From assembly GCA_963812015.1 (NCBI GenBank), contig CAWETI010000003.1, positions 1,024,001 through 1,088,000 on the forward strand: 64,000 bases of DNA, written 5' to 3'. Each line of letters begins with the position of its first letter. Within the stretch, counting starts at the first letter, position 1. Both the position numbers and the translations under genes were made by a program. Shown one piece after another: positions 9,542 to 19,327 of this stretch. Under the pieces are notes generated by a model. The model was not told the DNA's origin. It saw nothing but the letters and a program-made list of their open reading frames with translations, and did not search any database. The DNA is from an uncultured delta proteobacterium (GTDB lineage: Bacteria; Desulfobacterota; Desulfobaccia; Desulfobaccales; 0-14-0-80-60-11).

Positions 9542-10321
9542 TTACTTTTCCACTCTTTCCAGCTCGTCCTGCCCGCCCGGGGCTAAATCTGACTTCAAGA
9601 ACCCCTGGTGTTCCGGCAGGCGCAGGGAGAAATTGGAGATGGCATCTATGGTCACCGTGGCCCTCTCCACCCGGCAGTCCAGGAGGTGGCCGCCGGCCCG
9701 GCGATCGGCGGTGATAATATGGCAATGGTAGCCGGCCAGGTTGACACCGGCCAGGCAAGCCGGGTAGCGGAAGGCCACGATGACGCCTTTGACCTTGGTC
9801 ATTTCAAACACCGACTGTTTTTTGGCCACCTCAGCCAGGGGCGGATAGGGTTTCTGCTGCCGGGGGACGCTCCTGGTCTTGACGTACGGGAAAAACCCCT
9901 CAATCTTAATGGCATAGAGGAGGTTGGGGCTGGGCAGCAGGAGGGTGACATAATCGAGCAGTTGCTGATAGTTCAGGGGCATCTCGAGCATATACGTCTT
10001 GCCGGCCCTGAAGAAAGTCACTTCGGCGAAGGGGGTTTTCATGGCGCCGGCCACGGGATAGACCCGGCCGTCGGCCTTGACCTGGTAAAAGGCGCCGTCC
10101 AGGGCGATCATTTCGCCGTCCAGTCCATCGAAGGTGCCCAGGCCGAAGTCGCCATGCCGGGCCAATTCCTCATAGGTCAGGTCGCCGTCGTAGACCCCGG
10201 CCATGAGGGCCTGGAGAGTGGAGGTTTGGAAGAGGGAGTGGTTCTCGGCGGCGTCAAGGTGACCGGTAATCAGGCCCAGGACCAGGAATAAGGCCAGAAT
10301 CAGGGCGCGGCAGGATTTCAT
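9542..10321 (-). CDS. budA: Alpha-acetolactate decarboxylase with signal-peptide-like N-terminus
   Basis: HGDFGLGTFDGLDGEM, RSVPRQ, GYHCH, GGHLLD. Confidence 0.88.
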   Translation of the reverse strand: MKSCRALILALFLVLGLITGHLDAAENHSLFQTSTLQALMAGVYDGDLTYEELARHGDFGLGTFDGLDGEMIALDGAFYQVKADGRVYPVAGAMKTPFAEVTFFRAGKTYMLEMPLNYQQLLDYVTLLLPSPNLLYAIKIEGFFPYVKTRSVPRQQKPYPPLAEVAKKQSVFEMTKVKGVIVAFRYPACLAGVNLAGYHCHIITADRRAGGHLLDCRVERATVTIDAISNFSLRLPEHQGFLKSDLAPGGQDELERVEK

Positions 10322-10331
10322 CAGGGTGAAA

Positions 10332-11084
10332 TCAATCCTTCCGGTTGATCAGGGCCGCCAGGTAGCCGGCGCCGAAACCGTTGTCGATGTTGACCACGGC
10401 CAGGCCGGTGGCGCAGGAATTGAGCATGGCCAGAAGCGCGGCCAGGCCGCCGAACGAGGCGCCGTAGCCTACGCTGGTGGGCACCGCGATCACCGGCTGG
10501 TCCACCAGCCCCGCCACCACGCTGGGGAGGGCCCCTTCCATGCCCGCAGCCACGATGAAGCAGGTGGCCTGGGCCAGCAGGTCCTGGTGGGCCAGGAGAC
10601 GGTGGAGCCCGGCCACCCCCACGTCGTAGAGGGCTTCGGCCCGGTGGCCCATGATCCGGGCGGTGACCAGGGCCTCTTCGGCCACGGGGATATCGGAGGT
10701 GCCGGCCGAGATGACCAGGATCAAGCCCCGGCCCCGGTGGGGAACTTCCCCCCGGCTGAGGGTGAAGGCCTGGGAATCGGGGTAATAGCTGGCGGTGGGA
10801 AAGTCGAGCTGCAACGCCGCGGCCTGGTTGGGGGCCAGGCGCGTTACCAGGATATGGTCGGCCCGGGCGCTGAGAGAGGTGAGAATGCCCCGGATCTGGT
10901 CCAGGCTCTTGCCGGCGGCGAACACCACCTCGGGGAAACCCTGGCGGAGCTGGCGGTGATGGTCCACCCGGGCGAACCCCAGGTCTTCAAAGGGCAGGGT
11001 CCGGAGGCGCTCCAGGGCTGCGTCCACCGCCAGCTTCCCCTCCCGAACCTCCTCCAACAAGCGCTCCAGAACTTTGCTATCCAT
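10332..11084 (-). CDS. larB: Nickel pincer cofactor biosynthesis carboxylase
   Basis: DHHRQLRQGFPEV, AGTSDIPVAEEA, AGMEGALPS, VPTSVGYG, VVNIDNGFGA. Confidence 0.92.
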   Translation of the reverse strand: MDSKVLERLLEEVREGKLAVDAALERLRTLPFEDLGFARVDHHRQLRQGFPEVVFAAGKSLDQIRGILTSLSARADHILVTRLAPNQAAALQLDFPTASYYPDSQAFTLSRGEVPHRGRGLILVISAGTSDIPVAEEALVTARIMGHRAEALYDVGVAGLHRLLAHQDLLAQATCFIVAAGMEGALPSVVAGLVDQPVIAVPTSVGYGASFGGLAALLAMLNSCATGLAVVNIDNGFGAGYLAALINRKD

Positions 11085-11197
11085 GCATCATTCCTTAACC
11101 GAGACCGGCGCGAAAGTCAAATGGAAGGGGAGGGTCTGGCCGGGACCTAGGCAGGGCGCGCCCCCTGCCGATCAGGCCTTCCCTGGGATTTATACTT

Positions 11198-11287
11198 ATT
11201 GCCAAAAGTCTTGTCTCAATTCACCCCTCACCCTGACCCTCTCCCCTCGAAGGGGAGAGGGAATAAGAAGAAAGGACTTTTGGCAAT
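11198..11287. mobile_element. MITE-like element with 13-bp terminal inverted repeats and palindromic core
   Basis: ATTGCCAAAAGTC / GACTTTTGGCAAT enclosing CCCCTCACCCTGACCCTCTCCCCTCGAAGGGGAGAGGG. Confidence 0.65.
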
Positions 11288-11295
11288 GGCGATAA

Positions 11296-12438
11296 TCATC
11301 GGGGCGCCAGTTTACCCTCCGGGGTCACCCGGTAAGAGCGCCCCCCCCAGGAGACCCGGCTACCCAGGAAGCTCGAAAGCCAGAGGCCGAAGGAGAGCAG
11401 GTCTTTCAGGGGCAGGAGGGCAAAGGCCCAAGGGGGCAGCTCGCCCTTGAGGCAACGGCGCTCGGAGAAAATCGCCAAAGTTCCCCGGAGGGCCAGGGTG
11501 GCCGCCACCAGCCCCCAGGCCCAGGGGGCCAGGCCTGCGGCCAGGAGAATGGCGAGGCTGTAGACCAGGGCGTGGGTGATGCCGTAGGCCAGATAACCAC
11601 CGGGGCGGCAAACCCGGTAGGTGCGGGCCCAGCGGAGCTGGTGGGCCAGATAGGCTGAAAAACTCATCTCCGGGTTATTGGTCTCCACCACGGTAGCCAG
11701 GATGTTGACCTGCAGTCCGGTTTGGGCGACCCTGAACCCCAACTGATAGTCGTCCGCCAAAAAGTCGGCCAGGGGGGCCAGGCCGCCGATGGCGGTGAGG
11801 GCCTGCCGGGTCAGGGCCATGGCGGCCCCCAGGGCGAAGCGGATGTCCTCCACCGATTTGGCTGCGGCTACGGAAGGGATGAAATCCCCGGCGATGGTCA
11901 GGGCCTCCAGTGCGGCCCCCAGGGTACGGATGCGGCCGGCCCGGTAAAGACAGCTCACCAGGCCCACCCCCGGCTGTCTGAAGGCCGCGGCCACCTGGGC
12001 GAGATAATCGGGGCCCACCAACACATCCCCGTCGGCAATCACCAGGAGGTCATACCGGGCCCGGGGCATGAGCTGGCGCAGGGTGCTGATCTTGGGATTG
12101 AGACCCAGGTCCTCCGGACAGATGACAATTTCCAGGTCGCACCGGGGATGGGCTCGCTGTAACTCCCGGAGGAGGTCCACCACGGGGTTGTCGGGGTGCC
12201 GGACCCCGAAGAGCACCTGGTAGGGATGGTAATTTTGGGTCAGAAAGCTGGTCAGGCACTCCCGGGAGAGGGGCTCCAGGCCTTTGAGGGGCTTGAAGAC
12301 GGTGATGCCGGGGCCGTTAGGGACCAGCGGGGCAGGGGAGGGGGGGCGGAAAAACCGCCCCAGGGAGACCAGGGCGAGGAACTGGTAAAACCAGGCTGCC
12401 GCCAGGAGGAAAAAAATCGGATAAGCCATGGCACCCAT
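11296..12438 (-). CDS. hpnI: Hopanoid-associated glycosyltransferase (ceramide glucosyltransferase-like, GT21)
   Basis: KPLKG, GLNPKI, ADGD, LADDYQLG, HQLRWART. Confidence 0.8.
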   Translation of the reverse strand: MGAMAYPIFFLLAAAWFYQFLALVSLGRFFRPPSPAPLVPNGPGITVFKPLKGLEPLSRECLTSFLTQNYHPYQVLFGVRHPDNPVVDLLRELQRAHPRCDLEIVICPEDLGLNPKISTLRQLMPRARYDLLVIADGDVLVGPDYLAQVAAAFRQPGVGLVSCLYRAGRIRTLGAALEALTIAGDFIPSVAAAKSVEDIRFALGAAMALTRQALTAIGGLAPLADFLADDYQLGFRVAQTGLQVNILATVVETNNPEMSFSAYLAHQLRWARTYRVCRPGGYLAYGITHALVYSLAILLAAGLAPWAWGLVAATLALRGTLAIFSERRCLKGELPPWAFALLPLKDLLSFGLWLSSFLGSRVSWGGRSYRVTPEGKLAPR

Positions 12439-12704
12439 CAAATCTCAGGTTCTCATGTAGGGGGGGGCTGCGGCCCCATCGCGCGCCGCGCCCGGTCAGG
12501 GAGTCAACTGCCCGGAAATGCTGGCCCATCATAGCATCTTCCCGGGAAAAAGCCACCAGATAGCATAACCGGCGCCTTGGGCTCTTGCCTTTGGTGTGAT
12601 CCATCTTATCTTAATGCCAGTATTGGCTGGAATTTGGGCCCAATCCGGGCGCAACCATTGCCAGCCGGTGGATCAGCGATAAACCCCTCAAGCACAGGAG
12701 GCAC

Positions 12705-13046
12705 ATGATGGGAGCAATAAACTGGCGGGATAACTGGCCCTCGGCCCTGGAAGAGGCCAAAAAGGAAAACCGCCGCGTGTTGCTGGAACTTTATATGGAC
12801 GGGTGCCCTCATTGTACGCACCTGCACAATGAAACCCATATCGATGCGGGTGTGGTCCAGGAGCTCAATTCCAAATACATCCCGGTTAAGCTGGAAGGGC
12901 GCAGTCACATGGACATCGTCAAACAATTCAACGTCACCGGGGCGCCCACCACCCTGGTCTTCGACTCCGACGGCAAAGAATTGCACCGGTTTCCCGGTTA
13001 TTACTCGCCGTTGGAATACTTGAAAGAACTGGAGAAGGCCCTCTAA
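12705..13046 (+). CDS. Thioredoxin-family protein
   Basis: CPHC active site, GAPT cis-Pro motif; AGGAGG RBS. Confidence 0.85.
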   Translation: MMGAINWRDNWPSALEEAKKENRRVLLELYMDGCPHCTHLHNETHIDAGVVQELNSKYIPVKLEGRSHMDIVKQFNVTGAPTTLVFDSDGKELHRFPGYYSPLEYLKELEKAL

Positions 13047-13251
13047 CGGCCCAAGGCTTCCCCGGGGCCGGCTTTGGCGACGGGCTCCCTGAACGGTTTC
13101 GGGGGGCCCGATTTCCCGGCCTGGGTCGGTTCCGGCGGCGCGGGGTTTCCGGGCCGGCGGGTTACCCCTGTTGGCCGGGTCGCCTTGCGGACGCCAGCCT
13201 CATTGAACGACGCTCACTGCGGATTTCCTACCTCATTCCGGCCATTCTGAA

Positions 13252-13280
13252 TTGCCAAGCGGGGAAAATTTTTATAGTAT
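13252..13280 (+). promoter_or_regulatory. Putative sigma70 promoter
   Basis: TTGCCA-N17-TAGTAT upstream of the carboxypeptidase. Confidence 0.45.
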
Positions 13281-13341
13281 AAGGCTGCACGTTGTTCCGA
13301 GGCCGGCGCCTCCGGAGATCATTAGCGCAGCAAGGGGATAC

Positions 13342-14343
13342 ATGAGTTTTCGCGCCAAGCATGCATTTTTGGTTTTGGTGGTTTTGGCAATTTTCACCGT
13401 GGCAGCAGGATTTGCAGCGGGCGAGGAGGAAGGGTTCGAGGTATCCGCCCGCTCCTTCGTCCTGATGGATGCCAAAACCGGCAATATCTTACTATCCCTC
13501 AACCCTCAGCTCTTTTGGCCTCCGGCCAGCACCCTCAAGGTCATGACCGCCATGTCGGTGGTGGAGCATTTGAAGATGGACGACAAGGTGAGCGTCAGCC
13601 AGTACGCGGCGTCGGCGTCGCCGTCCAAGATCGGCATTAAACCGGGAGAGACCTATACGGTGCGGGATTTGCTCTATGCCCTGCTGCTGAATTCGGCCAA
13701 TGACGCGGCCCGGGCCCTGGCGGAAAAGGTGAGCGGCAGTGAGCAAGCCTTTGCCCATCAGCTTACCCAGGAGGTGCGGCAGTGGGGCGCCTACCGGACT
13801 ACCTGCGCCACCGCCAACGGCCTGCCGGCGGACAATCAGTACTCCACCGCCCAGGACCTGGCCCTGATGTTTCGGCGGGCCATGAGCAACCCGGAGCTGG
13901 CCAAGATCATGTCCACCAAATATTACCTTATCCAGGGGGACCGGGAACTAAGGAACCATAACCGCTTCCTGTTCACCACGCCCATGGCCGTGGCGGGGAA
14001 AACCGGCTACACCCGGGCCTCCAAGCACACCTATGTGGGGATGTTTAAGAACGGCGACCAGGAGATCATCGTCGCCATGATGGGGAGCACGAAGAAATGG
14101 GCCGATCTGCGGCCGCTGATTGAAAAGGGGTTTGAACTGGACGGTGCGCCCATCGCCAAACTGCCGCCGGCGGAAGAGAAGCTCTGGTTCGGCAAAAGTG
14201 GCGGGGGGAAGGCCGCCCGGGCCTCGAAGCGGTCCAGCCGGAATCGGCGGTGCAAGGTGGTGATGGGCTCCGCGGCGTCGATGCCGGCCAAGAAAAAAGC
14301 GGCCAGCAAGAGAAAGTCCAAGAGCCGGCAGGAAGAGTCCTGA
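13342..14343 (+). CDS. D-alanyl-D-alanine carboxypeptidase (peptidase S11)
   Basis: Signal peptide; PASTLK (SxxK), SAN, KTG; basic C-terminal tail. Confidence 0.9.
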   Translation: MSFRAKHAFLVLVVLAIFTVAAGFAAGEEEGFEVSARSFVLMDAKTGNILLSLNPQLFWPPASTLKVMTAMSVVEHLKMDDKVSVSQYAASASPSKIGIKPGETYTVRDLLYALLLNSANDAARALAEKVSGSEQAFAHQLTQEVRQWGAYRTTCATANGLPADNQYSTAQDLALMFRRAMSNPELAKIMSTKYYLIQGDRELRNHNRFLFTTPMAVAGKTGYTRASKHTYVGMFKNGDQEIIVAMMGSTKKWADLRPLIEKGFELDGAPIAKLPPAEEKLWFGKSGGGKAARASKRSSRNRRCKVVMGSAASMPAKKKAASKRKSKSRQEES

Positions 14344-14359
14344 GACCCCGGAGAATCCT

Positions 14360-14656
14360 ATGGCTTTGGCCTCAAAAGGCTTATTCAATAAAGTGAAAAA
14401 CCGGCCAACCCGGCGGCGGTTCGTGGTGTCCACCATCCGCAAGGGCGAAGACAGTTTTGAAACCGCCATCTTCGAGGCCAATTTTTTCTATATCCCCCGG
14501 CGCTGGAACCAGCCGGACCTCACCGTGGCAACCTCTACCCCCGACGAGGCCTGGACCCTGCATTACCGGCTGACGGTTCGGTTCACCCAGGAGCATCCCC
14601 TCCGCCTCCTCCAGGAATACCTGGAGGACGCCAAGGCCGGGCCGACGTCCGGGTGA
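14360..14656 (+). CDS. Hypothetical protein (98 aa)
   Basis: GGAG RBS; follows the upstream gene by 16 nt. Confidence 0.7.
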   Translation: MALASKGLFNKVKNRPTRRRFVVSTIRKGEDSFETAIFEANFFYIPRRWNQPDLTVATSTPDEAWTLHYRLTVRFTQEHPLRLLQEYLEDAKAGPTSG

Positions 14657-14823
14657 CGTTTCTTCACGACCCGATACCCCTAAAATTTTTGGCGCAGCAT
14701 CCGAGGCGGCCGGCGCCGTCCGGCCCATCAGCACGTTCCGGGTTGGGAGGGCAGGGCCCCGGGTGGATAACCCACCGGCCCGGAGAGGCCCTCATTTCCC
14801 GGGTGTCCGCTTGCAGTGATTCG

Positions 14824-15504
14824 TCAGGTCAAATCCACCCGCTTGACGCCGGGGAGTTCAAAAACCTCCTGCAGCATCTGGCGGTCAGGGTGAGCGGTCC
14901 GAATTCGCAGGAGAAAGTTCGCGGTGACCTCCTGCCTTTCCAGGTCCTTTCTTAAACCGAAATTGATCACCTCAAAGGCATGTTTCTTGATGATCTCCTG
15001 GATGCGGCTGAACTGGCCGTCCAGATCTTGGGAGAGGATGGTCATTTCCTGATACCAGTCCTTCTTTAATCTCTTCTCAAAGAACTTGATACCCACCAGG
15101 GAGAAAACCGTCAGGCCAGACACCACGGAGCCATAAAGATAAAATCCTGCTCCGATGGCCAAGCCGATGGCGCATACAACCCAGACACAGGCGGCCGTGG
15201 TCAGGCCTCTGATGGTATCCTTATAGGTGAGGATCACCCCGGCTCCCAAAAAGCCGATGCCGGTGACGGCCTGAGCCGCAATCCGGCCGGGGTCCATGCG
15301 CAGGGATTCCGGTAGTAGCTTATCACCCATGTGAGTAGAGAGATAGATGGAAATGACCATGATCAAGGCTGAACCGAGGCACAGGATGAGATAGGTCCTG
15401 ATGCCGGCCGGCCGGCCGTGCACCTCTCGCTCGAATCCCACGAACGCTCCAAGGATTGCGGCCAAGAGCAATCTGAAAAGAATCTCCCCATCATGAGGCG
15501 TCAT
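14824..15504 (-). CDS. MgtC/SapB family membrane protein
   Basis: GFERE, PAGIRT, DPGRIAAQAVTGIGFLGAG, GLTTAA; C-terminal ACT-like domain. Confidence 0.9.
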   Translation of the reverse strand: MTPHDGEILFRLLLAAILGAFVGFEREVHGRPAGIRTYLILCLGSALIMVISIYLSTHMGDKLLPESLRMDPGRIAAQAVTGIGFLGAGVILTYKDTIRGLTTAACVWVVCAIGLAIGAGFYLYGSVVSGLTVFSLVGIKFFEKRLKKDWYQEMTILSQDLDGQFSRIQEIIKKHAFEVINFGLRKDLERQEVTANFLLRIRTAHPDRQMLQEVFELPGVKRVDLT

Positions 15505-15644
15505 GTCCCGTTCTCCTTTAACCTTGGGAACTCATAGTGCTGCGGATCATTGCGAAATTTTGACAGGTTGCTGACTGCCGTCAGCCCCAGGCCCCCTATG
15601 AACGTGAGGCTGGAGACCTGCGGGAAGAATGAGGGGTAGAGGTT

Positions 15645-16451
15645 CTATGAGAGGCCCCAGACCGCAATCCCGGCCTGGTCCGCGGCTTTGAGCATCTCCG
15701 GGCGGTCGAAGATCAGGGTCTTGCCGGCCTCGATGGCCAGCACCGCGGCCTTAACCTCCCGCATGGTGGCGATGGTGTCCAGACCCACGGCGGGCACGTC
15801 AAACCGGAGGTCTTGGTCGGGCTTGCTCACCTTGACCACCACGACGCCGGGACCGGCCAGGGCGGCGCCCCGGCGAATGGTCTCATCGGTGCCTTCGATG
15901 GTCTCCAGGGCCACCACTACCTGGCGCCGCACCACGGCGCACTGGCCGATGTCCAGACGGCCCAACTCCTTGGCCGTGTGAAGCCCCAGGTTGAGGTCCT
16001 CCATCTCCCCGGGGGTGGGAGGGCGGCGGCTGAGTTGGCCGGGGGTAGCCAGGAGGTCATCCATGAAGAGGGTGGAGGGGGCGATGGTGATGCCTTCCCG
16101 GGCCAGCTCGTCAGCCACGGCCCTGAGGAGTCGGTCGTCCCGGCCGGCGCCGGCCCGGCGGATGACGCTGAGGGCCCGCCAGTCCGGGCGCAACTCCCGG
16201 AACAGGCGGCCCCGGCTGATGCCGCCGGCCATGACCGCCTGACGGACGCCGGCGGCCTTGAAAATGCGGATGATTTTGCCCAGTTGGCCCACGTAGATCC
16301 AGTGGAGTTCGGCTACGAGGGAGGCCAGGGCCGGATCGGTTTCTCCCCGGTGGGCTACCGCGATGACCGCGGCGCCCTGCTGCCGGGCGGCCCGGGCGAA
16401 CAGGAGGGGGAACTGGCCCTTACCCGCGATTAAGCCGATGTTCTCGGACAT
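15645..16451 (-). CDS. lpxI: UDP-2,3-diacylglucosamine diphosphatase
   Basis: IGLIAGKGQFP, LDIGQ, EGTD, QDLRFDVP; directly after lpxA. Confidence 0.9.
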   Translation of the reverse strand: MSENIGLIAGKGQFPLLFARAARQQGAAVIAVAHRGETDPALASLVAELHWIYVGQLGKIIRIFKAAGVRQAVMAGGISRGRLFRELRPDWRALSVIRRAGAGRDDRLLRAVADELAREGITIAPSTLFMDDLLATPGQLSRRPPTPGEMEDLNLGLHTAKELGRLDIGQCAVVRRQVVVALETIEGTDETIRRGAALAGPGVVVVKVSKPDQDLRFDVPAVGLDTIATMREVKAAVLAIEAGKTLIFDRPEMLKAADQAGIAVWGLS

Positions 16452-17229
16452 CCGCCGGGAGCAGGCCCCGATCCGAAGCCTCCAGAAACGCCAGGAGGTG
16501 CTGAATCTCGGGGGTCTGAGGCAATTCTTCTTTAATCCGGGTGAGGGCCTCTTTCTGGTTCAACTCCGAGAGGAACAGGAGTTCATAGGCCCGTTTCAGG
16601 GGTTGCAGGGTAGAGTCCGTAAAGCCATGCCGTTTCAAGCCCACCAGGTTGAGACCCACCAGTTTGGCCCGGTTGCCCACCGCCATGGCGTAAGGGGGAA
16701 CGTCCCGATGCACCGCCGAACACCCGCCCACAAAGGCGTGACGGCCGATATGGCAAAACTGGTGGACCGCCGAGAGCCCCCCCAGGATGGCGTAGTCCTC
16801 CAGGGTGATGTGACCGCCCAGGGTCGCGGCGTTGGACATGATGACGCCGTTGCCCACCTGGCAGTCGTGGGCCACGTGGGTATAGGCCATGAACAGGTTG
16901 CCGTGGCCGATGCGGGTGGTGCCGGCGCCACCGGCGGTACCCCGGTGCAGGGTGGCGAACTCCCGGATGGTGTTGCCGTCGCCGATGATCAGGTGGGATT
17001 CCTCACCCTGGTATTTCAGGTCCTGGGGAATTTCGCCGATGACCGCGAACTGGAAAATCTCGCACTTGTTGCCGATGGTGGTGAGGTCTTTAATCACCAC
17101 GTGGGAGCCGATGTGGGTATCGTGGCCGATCACCACCCGGCCCTGAATGATGCTATAAGGGCCTACGGTGACGCCATTACCCAGCTCGACGGTTTTATCC
17201 ACCAGGGCGGTGGGGTGAACCTGGGCCAT
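16420..17229 (-). CDS. lpxA: UDP-N-acetylglucosamine O-acyltransferase
   Basis: Hexapeptide repeats, PQDLKY, HVAHDC, VHQFC. Confidence 0.95.
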   Translation of the reverse strand: MAQVHPTALVDKTVELGNGVTVGPYSIIQGRVVIGHDTHIGSHVVIKDLTTIGNKCEIFQFAVIGEIPQDLKYQGEESHLIIGDGNTIREFATLHRGTAGGAGTTRIGHGNLFMAYTHVAHDCQVGNGVIMSNAATLGGHITLEDYAILGGLSAVHQFCHIGRHAFVGGCSAVHRDVPPYAMAVGNRAKLVGLNLVGLKRHGFTDSTLQPLKRAYELLFLSELNQKEALTRIKEELPQTPEIQHLLAFLEASDRGLLPADVREHRLNRG

Positions 17230-17231
17230 GC

Positions 17232-17687
17232 CTATTCCTCCCCTTGACCCACCGCAGCCATGACCTCGCCTTCGGCTACCAGGGTTTGGTCGACAAGGGC
17301 CTGTGCCTTCATTTTCCAGAACTTTTTGCCGCTCCGGAGAACTTCCACCATGATCCGCAGTTGATCTCCCGGGATCACTGGCTGGCGGAAACGCACCTTG
17401 TCCATACCCAGGAGGAAGAGGGCAGGATTGCCCAGGTTTTCCGGGGTGGACAACAGGGCCAGGATGCCCCCCACCTGGGCCATGGCCTCGACGATGAGGA
17501 CCCCAGGCATGATGGGGCGGCCGGGGAAATGCCCCTGGAAAAAGGGCTCGTTGATGGTGACGTTTTTCAGCCCCTCTATCCGCTTGCCCAGCTCCAGGTT
17601 AATGACGCGGTCTACCAGGAGAAAGGGATAGCGGTGGGGGAGAACCCGTTGAATTTCTTCCAGACTCAGGGTCTGCGGCGGGGTCAT
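17232..17687 (-). CDS. fabZ: 3-hydroxyacyl-ACP dehydratase
   Basis: [29 protein letters not shown]. Confidence 0.96.
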   Translation of the reverse strand: MTPPQTLSLEEIQRVLPHRYPFLLVDRVINLELGKRIEGLKNVTINEPFFQGHFPGRPIMPGVLIVEAMAQVGGILALLSTPENLGNPALFLLGMDKVRFRQPVIPGDQLRIMVEVLRSGKKFWKMKAQALVDQTLVAEGEVMAAVGQGEE

Positions 17688-18727
17688 GGTTCCGGCTCCA
17701 GCTTCAGTCTGGCGGAGAGTTCGCTCACGCTTTGTTCCAACCTTTTCAGCCGTTGATACATCTCAGGGAGTTGGGGGAGATGGCCCATGATCTGGAGCCA
17801 TTCCCGGTGAGGCCGGATCGGAGAGCCTGATACCGTCTGGCCGGGGGGAACGGAGTGGTTCACGCCGGATTGGGCTCCCACCTGAACCCCGTCTCCCAGC
17901 TCAAGGTGACCGGTTACCCCCACCTGTCCCGCCAGGGCCACCCTCTTGCCCAGTTTAGTGGACCCGGAGACTCCTACCTGGGCCACCAGGAAAGAATATT
18001 CCCCCACTTCGACATTGTGGGCCAGGTGCACCAGGTTGTCCAGCTTGACGCCCCGGCCCAACCGGGTGGCACCCAGAGCCCCCCGGTCGATGGCGCAATT
18101 GGCTCCGATCTCGACGTCATCCTCGATAACTACCGTCCCCAATTGGGGGATTTTGACGACGCCTTCATCTCCGGGGATAAATCCGAAGCCGTCGGAGCCG
18201 ATCACCGTGCCGCTGTGAATGATGCACCGGGCCCCCACCGTGCATCGCTCCCGGATAGTGACGTTGGGATAGACCAGGGTGTCGGCGCCGATCCGGACTT
18301 CATCGCCGATGACGCAGCCGGGCATAATGGTGACCCGGTCGCCTAGGTGGGCGCCGTCGCCGATAAAGACCAGGGGGGCGATGGAGACCTCCTGGCCCAG
18401 CGCCACTCCCGGTCCCAGGCAGGCCAGATCGCTGATCCCGGGCCAGCGGCGCAAGGGTGGGGCGAAGAGGCCGGCCACCCGGGCGTAGGCCAGATAGGGG
18501 TGAGGCACGATGATCAGGGGCCGGGGCAGCCGGGCGTATTCCGGGGAAACGATAAAGGCCGCGGCCCGGCTCTGATCTACCAGGCGGGCGAACCGCCTCT
18601 GGGTGATGAAGGTGATCTCCCGGGACGTGGCTTGATCGATAGGGGCAATGCCCTCAATGGCAAGATCGGGCGGTCCTTGGAGTTCGCCTCCCAGAAAGAC
18701 CGCCAGTTCGCCCAGGGTCCGTGTCAT
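17684..18727 (-). CDS. lpxD: UDP-3-O-acylglucosamine N-acyltransferase
   Basis: Hexapeptide repeats, [23 protein letters not shown]. Confidence 0.95.
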   Translation of the reverse strand: MTRTLGELAVFLGGELQGPPDLAIEGIAPIDQATSREITFITQRRFARLVDQSRAAAFIVSPEYARLPRPLIIVPHPYLAYARVAGLFAPPLRRWPGISDLACLGPGVALGQEVSIAPLVFIGDGAHLGDRVTIMPGCVIGDEVRIGADTLVYPNVTIRERCTVGARCIIHSGTVIGSDGFGFIPGDEGVVKIPQLGTVVIEDDVEIGANCAIDRGALGATRLGRGVKLDNLVHLAHNVEVGEYSFLVAQVGVSGSTKLGKRVALAGQVGVTGHLELGDGVQVGAQSGVNHSVPPGQTVSGSPIRPHREWLQIMGHLPQLPEMYQRLKRLEQSVSELSARLKLEPEP

Positions 18728-18734
18728 GAAGCCT

Positions 18735-19247
18735 CTATTGGCCGTAGTGGCTGCGCACCTTATCGGTGATATCCATTTTGGGATCCATGAAGAGGAGGCC
18801 GGAATTGCGCTTGTCCAGGATTAAATCCAGCTTCTCTTGCTGGGCTACAGCTTTGACGACGGTATCCAATTTCTGGAGTAACGGCGTCATTTGTTGTTCC
18901 TGGAACTGCTGCATTTGCTTCTCGCCATCGGCCTGCTTCTTTTCAAAGTCCCGCATCCTCTTTTCCAATGCTTCCGCCTTTTGCTTACGGGCATCTTCTT
19001 TCATCACGCCAGCCTGCTTTTGAAATTCTTCCACCTGTTTTTGCAGGTCCTGACGCTCCTGGGCAATCGGCCGGCCCAGTTCCTCGGATTTCCGTTTAAT
19101 TGCATCCTGGGCCCGTTTTCCATCGGCAGACTTGGAGACCACGTCCATACTGTCCACGATGGCGACTTTAAAATCGGCGTGCGCCGCCCATGCCGACGTC
19201 AGAATTAAAACCGCGGCTAACACTATTCCCACACCCAATTTAGACAT
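18735..19247 (-). CDS. skp: Periplasmic chaperone Skp/OmpH
   Basis: Signal peptide, KVAIVD, coiled coil, DITDKV; between bamA and lpxD; AGGAGG RBS. Confidence 0.88.
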   Translation of the reverse strand: MSKLGVGIVLAAVLILTSAWAAHADFKVAIVDSMDVVSKSADGKRAQDAIKRKSEELGRPIAQERQDLQKQVEEFQKQAGVMKEDARKQKAEALEKRMRDFEKKQADGEKQMQQFQEQQMTPLLQKLDTVVKAVAQQEKLDLILDKRNSGLLFMDPKMDITDKVRSHYGQ

Positions 19248-19327
19248 TACAACCTCCTGAGTTGATCGAATAAGGTAATTTCCCGGCGGGTTATCCCGCA
19301 CCAGAAAAATCTGCTTTTATCCCCTGC

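Noticed and set aside
13100..13140. SRP RNA domain IV (minus strand GAACCGACCCAGGCCGGGAAATCGG)
   Set aside because: The conserved AGCA(G) strand opposite CAGG is missing
15505..15644. M-box or other Mg2+ riboswitch upstream of the mgtC-like gene
   Set aside because: Only 140 nt, with no recognisable M-box consensus
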